A stretch of 64,000 bases of DNA from Bacteroidales bacterium. Lineage in GTDB: Bacteria; Bacteroidota; Bacteroidia; Bacteroidales; UBA4181. This document shows positions 58,194-64,000 of the stretch, piece by piece. Where the stretch lies: the NCBI GenBank assembly GCA_031551645.1, contig JAVBNI010000069.1:19759-83758 (forward strand), written 5' to 3'. The translations under genes and the position numbers were made by a program. The notes below the pieces were generated by a model. The model saw only the letters and a list, made by a program, of their open reading frames with translations. It made no database searches and was not told the DNA's origin. Positions within the stretch are counted from its first letter, which is position 1; each line of letters opens with the position of its first letter.

Positions 58194-58372
58194 CAAAATA
58201 TCATTTTTATTTGTTATCTTTGCAAGAACTAATCGATAAAACTAAAATATATGGAACAGAGCTTACGCTTGCCAAGAAACAGCATCCGGCACAGGCTCCC
58301 GAAATAAAGGCGGGAGCAGGATAAAGATGGCTTTTACTGATTTTAAACCAGAACAAAAACTTAAATATTATC
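58194..58372 (+). promoter_or_regulatory. promoter (TATCTTTG at 58215-58222) plus conserved leader copy 1, with an 18-codon uORF (58251-58307) and a 7-bp hairpin (58295-58317)
   Basis: About 155 nt are shared with 59974-60128, and the first 44 nt are identical. The uORF is MEQSLRLPRNSIRHRLPK. The hairpin is GCTCCCG-AAATAAAGG-CGGGAGC. Confidence 0.55.
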
Positions 58373-58795
58373 ATGAAATATCTTTATATAATTATTCTTT
58401 TCTTGGTTATATCTTGTAGCAAGAAAGCTGGTGTAGATTCCTTATGTCCTTGTGAATATGAAAGGGCACGACGTGAATATGCCGATTTTTCGAAAAAAGA
58501 GACTATCCTTTTTTATGATTCCATATCCAATACTACTCGATGGACATTACAGCAAGCAGATATTAATTGGATGGTATATTATACGGAATACGATTCGACA
58601 GTATGTTATTCTGAACAAGGTTTCAATTATTGTTTGGTTTGCAATCTTCCTGAAGATTTAAAAAACAGGAATATCGGGAAAGACGGACTTTCATTAATTT
58701 GTAGTGGTGAGGCGTACCAACCATGTAATCCTCCCACTTCTGATGTTTTAGATCATGCACATTTTGATATTCATTTAACTATTTTAAAGTATTAA
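58373..58795 (+). CDS. hypothetical Cys-rich lipoprotein (140 aa)
   Basis: A lipobox (LVISC) and 8 further Cys residues are present. The gene is AT-rich. I recognise no family. Confidence 0.55.
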   Translation: MKYLYIIILFLVISCSKKAGVDSLCPCEYERARREYADFSKKETILFYDSISNTTRWTLQQADINWMVYYTEYDSTVCYSEQGFNYCLVCNLPEDLKNRNIGKDGLSLICSGEAYQPCNPPTSDVLDHAHFDIHLTILKY

Positions 58796-58950
58796 TTATG
58801 AATAAATTATATTATTATTTAACATTTTTGTATTTCATATTTATTTCTGCCTAATGTTATTCACAGGATCGATTTTTGTATATCAACGGTGAAAAAGAAT
58901 TTTTCAATATTACGGAAGAAGTGATTGTGCTACATAAAGATCAGTTGACC

Positions 58951-59643
58951 AAATTGGATGTAAAAATACTTGATCTGGTATTGATTCTGCATGCCGAACA
59001 CGGCGGAGGTAACAACTCTACGTTTACTGTTCGCGTGACCAGTTCGTCGGGTACCGATACTTATTCGTCGATTGCGGCAGCTATTGGTTCGCTGAAAGGC
59101 CCGCTGCACGGAGGAGCCAATCTACAGGTGATTGATATGTTCAATCACTTGAAAGAGAATATCAGTGATTGGGAAGACCGCGAGGAAATCGTGGACTACC
59201 TGAAAAAGATACTCAACAAGGAGGCTTACAACCGTTCGGGAAAAATATACGGGATCGGCCATGCCGTATATACCGTATCCGATCCCCGGGCTGAGTTACT
59301 GAAAGAAATGGCACGCGAACTGGCCAAGGAAAAGGGTCGGGAAAAGGAATTCAACTTCCTGACTTTGCTTGAAGAATTGGCCGTTGAAACGTTTATGGAA
59401 TATAAAGGAAACAAGGTGAATAAACATGTCTGCGCCAACGTTGATTTTTATTCAGGTTTTGTATATGAAATGATCGGTCTGCCCTCAGAAGTTTTTACTC
59501 CGCTGTATGCCATGTCGCGCATTGCAGGGTGGACGGCACACCGCATCGAAGAACTTAACTTTGCCAGCAAACGGATTATCCGGCCTGCTTATAAGAATGT
59601 GAACACAACAAAAAGTTTCGTGCCAATGAACAAGCGGATTTAG
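58951..59643 (+). pseudogene. 5'-truncated duplicate of the citrate synthase 3' end (last 231 codons)
   Basis: It aligns without gaps to 57150-57842, with about 30 substitutions and only 4 amino-acid changes. The only in-frame start upstream is a TTG at 58876, inside unrelated sequence. Confidence 0.75.
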
Positions 59644-59677
59644 GATAACAGTTGACAATGGACAATTGAAAATTGAC

Positions 59678-59718
59678 AACAGGCGGAAATTAAAAATAGT
59701 TTCCGCCTGTTCTGTTTT
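59678..59718 (+). terminator. intrinsic terminator, same stem as 57881-57921 but with the loop reverse-complemented (TTAAAAATAG)
   Basis: The sequence is AACAGGCGGAAA-TTAAAAATAG-TTTCCGCCTGTT, followed by CTGTTTTT. Confidence 0.75.
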
Positions 59719-59973
59719 TAGATTTCAACTACAACAATTGCTCAAGTGGGTTCAACTGTTTCTGACAGCGGTAATTTATTCAAATTCAAGGCTCCGGTTG
59801 AGTAGAAATTGTATATCGACTCGTAACGACAAGAAATTTGCAATTACCGCTTCGGGATGTATGGAGAATGTTATCGGCATATTTAAAAAACACAAAAATT
59901 TTTGAACTTATATGCAACGTTTTGAGGTGTTTTTGCATCTTATATATAGATGTAAATTTTGTCTTTTGTTCAT

Positions 59974-60139
59974 CAAAATATCATTTTTATTTGTTATCTT
60001 TGCAAGAACTAATCTATAAAACATAAAAAATATGGAGCAGAATCTATACTTGCCAAGAAACCGGCCCAAACACAGGCTCCCGAAATAAAGACGGGAGCAG
60101 GATAAAGATGGCCTTTATTGATTTTCAACTTTATTAAAT
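59974..60139 (+). promoter_or_regulatory. promoter (TATCTTTG at 59995-60002) plus conserved leader copy 2, with an 18-codon uORF (60032-60088) and a hairpin
   Basis: The uORF is MEQNLYLPRNRPKHRLPK. The hairpin is GCTCCCG-AAATAAAGA-CGGGAGC. Confidence 0.55.
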
Positions 60140-60748
60140 ATGATTATGAAAAAAGGAATCAAAAATATTTTTACGGGTACGCAAAAAGTCGTAATTGTAA
60201 TACTGTGTATTGTATGTACACTGTTTAGTTTTTCATGCCAAAATAAAAGTGAGGCCGACCAACCATTATCTGATGAACAGATTTCATCCAATCTATCAAA
60301 AATGGGAGAAATTGATCCCGGGCTTCTTATTGGAGAATGGGATCTTATCGCGTTTGCTTATACAGGAGACGGGAATAAGATTTCGGATGTAGCTGCTATT
60401 TCAAAAGTAGCTGCATGGGTAGATGTAAATGGATCCGGCCTACCATTAAATAGGCTTACTATATCTGATGATAATCCAATGGACTATGGTAATGTTGAAT
60501 CGTCAGATCGCCTGTCAGGTCCTTGGGTTTTCTGGCCTTATTATCTTTATTATTCAATATCAGAAAATTTGATAAGTTATTCAAAAGAAGATTATCCTTA
60601 TTATATAATGGACACATTCACGGATGAAGGATATGATGTTCTAAACGCTTTAAGAAATACGTATAGTTTTTTTATCAAAAACGATGAGTTAATCATTTAT
60701 TTCATAGGAGCAAAAAACAAAAATTTACTAATCCTAAAAAAGCGATAA
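60140..60748 (+). CDS. hypothetical lipoprotein (202 aa), possibly META/HslJ-like
   Basis: A lipobox (LFSFSC) is present. The GEWDLIAF ... ELIIYF ... LLILKK pattern is loosely reminiscent of META domains. The stop lies 3 nt before the protease gene. Confidence 0.55.
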   Translation: MIMKKGIKNIFTGTQKVVIVILCIVCTLFSFSCQNKSEADQPLSDEQISSNLSKMGEIDPGLLIGEWDLIAFAYTGDGNKISDVAAISKVAAWVDVNGSGLPLNRLTISDDNPMDYGNVESSDRLSGPWVFWPYYLYYSISENLISYSKEDYPYYIMDTFTDEGYDVLNALRNTYSFFIKNDELIIYFIGAKNKNLLILKKR

Positions 60749-60751
60749 CCC

Positions 60752-62767
60752 ATGAGAAGACATATATTTATTTTAACCCTAATTGGTATTTTAAGCCAAT
60801 ATACGTTTGGCCAAATCAGTGAAGGAGGAACGCCAATAAGTTTTTCTTTGAACATTGATACACAAAAAGAAAAAACCACGGCTTTGGTAATGCCGCCGAT
60901 AAATGTTAAAGCACTTCTTCAGGAAGACGAAAAAGCAAAAATGGATGATACTGAAAAACCCTTTAGATTTGGCTATGCCATAGATGTTGATATTGATTTA
61001 AAGAAAGTTGGCACGAAAAAAGAGTTGCCCAATGGAAATAAACTATGGTTGTTGAAAATACATTGTCCTGACGCTTATTCTATCAATTTGATTTATGATC
61101 GGTTCAGGCTTGGCAAGGGGTCAAAATTTTTCATCTATAATGAAGACAGAACAATGGTATTGGGAGCATTTACACCAGAAGTTAGCAATAATCCATACAA
61201 TGAGTTTGCAACAGATTTGGTACAGGGGAATACTGTTGTTTTGGAATATTATGAACCGAAATTCTCTGATGATGGTGTTATTCACATTAGCAAGGTAATA
61301 CATGGCTATGTAAACACTTTTTATAGCAGTGGATTAGGCACATCTGCAAATTGCAATATTGACGTTATGTGTCGTCCGCTTGGAAATAACTGGGTAAATG
61401 AAGAGAAAGCCGTAACTATGCTATTAGTGGATAATAATACTGCGTTTTGTTCAGGTTGTCTTGTAAATAATACACAACAAGATTTTATACCTTACATTTT
61501 AACGGCACGTCATTGTTATTTTAACAACAATGGTAACACCCAAACTGTTTCTCCGGCGACAAATATTTTTAGATTTCAGTATTGGAGACCAAACTGTGGT
61601 TCCGGGAATCCAATTACAACAAAAAGTATTACTGGAGCAACTTTGCTTGCGCATTATGCTCCTACTGATTTTGCACTACTGCGGTTAAATACAAGACCAC
61701 CTGCAGATTGGAATGTGTATTATGCTGGATGGGACATAACCTCAACTCCTGCGCAAAACGCCACAGGAATCCACCATCCTAAAGGTGATGCAATGAAAAT
61801 TAGCCATGAAGAGCATCCTGTTGTTGCCCGAAATCAGATAGGTATCTCTCTTTGGAGAGTAGAACATTTTGAATTGGGCACAGTTCAAGTTGGTTCTTCC
61901 GGTTCCCCACTGTTCAATCAAAATCACAGAATAGTAGGACAATTGAGTGGAAGGCACCCTAATCCATGTCCGACTAATGACAATGCTTGTGACTGTAATA
62001 ATCCGATAGGCGATTATGGTCGGTTTGATCTTTCATGGACAGGCGGAGATACAAACGGCACACGTTTAAGTAATTGGCTTGATCCTACAGGAAATCATAC
62101 ATTTCTAGATGGAATATTAGTTCCCTCTCTAAGTTTTTATATAAGTAATGTTCATAGTAGTATCACCCCAAATAACTACTATCAATTTTCATTAGGGTCA
62201 GTGACTGGGTTGATGCAGAGTTATTCCAATTTTTACTATTGGAAATGGTATGTGCATGAGACCAGTGGTTGGAAAGAGCAATTGTATGCGGAAAGAACAG
62301 GTTCTCCTCAGCCTATTTCATTGTATTTTAGCGGGAATACAATCTATTATGGTGACGTATATATAGAAATTAAATGTGTAGGTACAAATATTATAACCGG
62401 GCAAAGTTATACAGCTAATGCAATTGTAAAATGTAAATCTTGCGAGTATGACTATTACACAGGTGGTAAAAGTTTAAGTGTTATATACCCCAACCCTGTT
62501 TCGAATATCCTGAATATCGACCTCGAGCAGACAATAACCCAAGCGAATGCTTTGGAGTCAGTTACCGGAGCCAAACAACTAAAGCAGGATAAAACTTATG
62601 ATATCCGTCTGTACGACAGCCAAGGCAACCTTTTGCGTCATGCAAAAGCCAAAGGCGGAAAGGTAGAATTCAATGTGGAAAATTTGTCCAACGGCATCTA
62701 TTTCCTGCACATTTATGATGGCGTCAGCGAAAAGCCGGAAATGCGGCAGATTGTAGTAGAACATTAA
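60752..62767 (+). CDS. S1 family trypsin-like (lysyl-endopeptidase-like) serine protease with T9SS type A C-terminal sorting domain
   Basis: A signal peptide is followed by QISEGGTPISF. The His motif LTARHC and the Ser motif GSSGSPLF are present. The C-terminal domain reads YPNPVSNILNIDL...GIYFLHIYDG. Confidence 0.8.
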   Translation: MRRHIFILTLIGILSQYTFGQISEGGTPISFSLNIDTQKEKTTALVMPPINVKALLQEDEKAKMDDTEKPFRFGYAIDVDIDLKKVGTKKELPNGNKLWLLKIHCPDAYSINLIYDRFRLGKGSKFFIYNEDRTMVLGAFTPEVSNNPYNEFATDLVQGNTVVLEYYEPKFSDDGVIHISKVIHGYVNTFYSSGLGTSANCNIDVMCRPLGNNWVNEEKAVTMLLVDNNTAFCSGCLVNNTQQDFIPYILTARHCYFNNNGNTQTVSPATNIFRFQYWRPNCGSGNPITTKSITGATLLAHYAPTDFALLRLNTRPPADWNVYYAGWDITSTPAQNATGIHHPKGDAMKISHEEHPVVARNQIGISLWRVEHFELGTVQVGSSGSPLFNQNHRIVGQLSGRHPNPCPTNDNACDCNNPIGDYGRFDLSWTGGDTNGTRLSNWLDPTGNHTFLDGILVPSLSFYISNVHSSITPNNYYQFSLGSVTGLMQSYSNFYYWKWYVHETSGWKEQLYAERTGSPQPISLYFSGNTIYYGDVYIEIKCVGTNIITGQSYTANAIVKCKSCEYDYYTGGKSLSVIYPNPVSNILNIDLEQTITQANALESVTGAKQLKQDKTYDIRLYDSQGNLLRHAKAKGGKVEFNVENLSNGIYFLHIYDGVSEKPEMRQIVVEH

Positions 62768-62769
62768 GT

Positions 62770-62797
62770 AATGATAAATGATTAATGACAAATGAGG
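62770..62797 (+). repeat. period-7 tract AATGATA AATGATT AATGACA AATGAGG
   Basis: The tract begins 3 nt after the stop codon (62765-62767). Confidence 0.8.
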
Positions 62798-62890
62798 CCT
62801 GTCCGACCACGTCATTCAGGCGGGCAAAGAACAATAAATCAAGTTTAAACAAATATCAAAAACGTCTATTATATCTCGCATGGTACTTAA
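62794..62890 (+). repeat. D1 + D2 composite 3' element
   Basis: D1 (62794-62824) is the reverse complement of 36269-36297. D2 (62824-62890) is the reverse complement of 39537-39602. Confidence 0.8.
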
Positions 62891-62945
62891 TTTCCGATTT
62901 TGTGTAGGTATACCTCATAAGCGTAAGAAACTTTTCAGATAAATT

Positions 62946-62981
62946 AAAAAGCCTGACAGAATAAATCTATCAGGCTTTTTT
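62946..62981. terminator. bidirectional intrinsic terminator between convergent genes
   Basis: AAAAAGCCTGACAG ... CTATCAGGCTTTTTT has an A-tract and a T-tract on either side. Confidence 0.75.
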
Positions 62982-63003
62982 GTATTACTTTATATGAGAA
63001 AGA

Positions 63004-64000
63004 TTACATTCCCAAACGATTTTTTAACCCGGCTAATTCTTCAGAAAGTTCTTTAGGCAAGTGATTTCCGAATTGGGCATAATGTTCGTCAATGAGAGCT
63101 ACTTCATCTTTCCATTCGTCATTATTTACTTTCAAAACCTTGGCCATCTTTTCAGGAGTCATGTCTTTCAATCCTTCAATATTAATGGCATTGGGTGCAG
63201 GAACTTTTCCAATGGCGGTATCGACAGCTTCGCCACGTCCACTGCAACGTTCAACGATATAAGCCAACACACGGCTGTTATCGCCATAACCCGGCCACAT
63301 AAATTTTCCATCTTCTTTACGGAACCAGTTTACAAAGAAGATCTTGGGTAAATTAGCGCCTTGTTTTTTACCAATGTTGATCCAATGTCCGAAATAATCG
63401 CCCATGTTGTATCCACAGAAGGGCAACATGGCAAACGGGTCGCGGCGAACTCCGGCTTTCAAACCGATGGCAGCAGCGGTCACTTCGGAACCTACGATCG
63501 AGCCCATGAAGACGCCATGATTCCAGCTCCGGGATTCGTATACCAAGGGAACAGTCGTCGGACGACGGCCTCCGAAAAGGATAGCAGAAATAGGAACTCC
63601 GGCAGGATCTTCCCAATTCTTGTCAATACACGGACATTGGAATGCGGGAGCGGTAAAGCGTGAATTAGCATGTGCACATGGTTTTCCGCTTGCAGCATTA
63701 TATACATTACCTTCCCAGTCGATTGTTCCGGCAGGCATGTCATGGCCTATTCCTTCCCACCATACATCGCCGTCAGGCGTCAGGCCGACATTGGTGAAAA
63801 TGGTATTCGCACGGCAGCTCAACATAGCGTTGGGATTAGTTTCCATAGAAGTGTAAGGAGCTACACCAAAGAATCCGGCTTCGGGGTTGATTGCATACAA
63901 ACGACCGTCAGCACCGAACTTCATCCATGCAATGTCGTCACCAACGGTTTCGACTTTCCATCCCGGAATAGTGGGGATGAGCATCGCCAGATTGGTTTTA
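63004..64000 (-). CDS. pckG: phosphoenolpyruvate carboxykinase (GTP), C-terminal part; the gene continues beyond the window
   Basis: The frame stays open to nt 64000 ([27 protein letters not shown]). The motif FFVNWFRK...[13 protein letters not shown] is typical of GTP-PEPCK. Confidence 0.85.
   Translation of the reverse strand, partial: KTNLAMLIPTIPGWKVETVGDDIAWMKFGADGRLYAINPEAGFFGVAPYTSMETNPNAMLSCRANTIFTNVGLTPDGDVWWEGIGHDMPAGTIDWEGNVYNAASGKPCAHANSRFTAPAFQCPCIDKNWEDPAGVPISAILFGGRRPTTVPLVYESRSWNHGVFMGSIVGSEVTAAAIGLKAGVRRDPFAMLPFCGYNMGDYFGHWINIGKKQGANLPKIFFVNWFRKEDGKFMWPGYGDNSRVLAYIVERCSGRGEAVDTAIGKVPAPNAINIEGLKDMTPEKMAKVLKVNNDEWKDEVALIDEHYAQFGNHLPKELSEELAGLKNRLGM

Noticed and set aside
58876-58950. 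A TTG-initiated N-terminal extension that would make the citrate synthase fragment a 255-aa CDS.
   Set aside because: The extension is unrelated to citrate synthase, has no ATG and has no promoter box. The product would lack the N-terminal ~220 residues of the enzyme. I treat it as a pseudogene fragment, although its intact frame is noted in the findings.
1-64000. A search by eye for tRNA, rRNA, tmRNA, RNase P or SRP RNA signatures, and for transposase, integrase, CRISPR-cas, restriction-modification or toxin-antitoxin genes.
   Set aside because: I recognised none. The absence of small RNAs cannot be proven without covariance-model scans.

Overview
This is a 64-kb chromosomal segment from a Bacteroidota genome. 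The phylum call rests on a SusC/SusD pair, an ECF-sigma/FecR pair, T9SS type A and type B C-terminal sorting domains, a PorP/SprF gene and TAnnTTTG -7 promoter boxes. From 1 to 40.8 kb the window is glycan-utilisation territory. It holds two GH92 alpha-mannosidases, two GH127/DUF1680-type enzymes, two metallophosphoesterases (one fused to PA14) and a TAT-exported Gfo/Idh/MocA oxidoreductase. It also holds an ECF sigma / anti-sigma / STN-SusC / SusD core, and a cluster of beta-helix, URO-D-like, two tandem ceramidase-like hydrolases and a TIM-barrel isomerase. Embedded at 7.3-10.5 kb is a small NVEALA-family peptide gene overlapping a 6-bladed-propeller lipoprotein gene, transcribed divergently from an atypical histidine kinase. 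From 41 to 64 kb the genes are an LpxL-like acyltransferase, an esterase, a PorP/SprF gene plus an 861-aa T9SS type B adhesin, and an MFS transporter. These are followed by the oxidative-branch TCA genes (aconitase, icd, citrate synthase), an S46 peptidase and GTP-PEPCK. This housekeeping block is interrupted by two visibly AT-rich islands. Each island is bounded by a duplicated 3' fragment of the neighbouring gene: an S46 peptidase relic at 52.16-52.31 kb and a 775-bp citrate synthase 3' copy at 58.95-59.72 kb. The second island carries two unrelated small lipoprotein genes that sit behind a duplicated promoter plus leader containing a conserved 18-codon uORF and a hairpin. It also carries a T9SS-secreted S1 (lysyl-endopeptidase-like) protease. 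Intergenic space is packed with several families of structured or palindromic repeats. There are also period-7 tracts that begin at or just after many stop codons. I recognised no rRNA, tRNA, CRISPR array, transposase or integrase. All coordinates, alignments and substitution counts were made by eye from the sequence; no searches were run.
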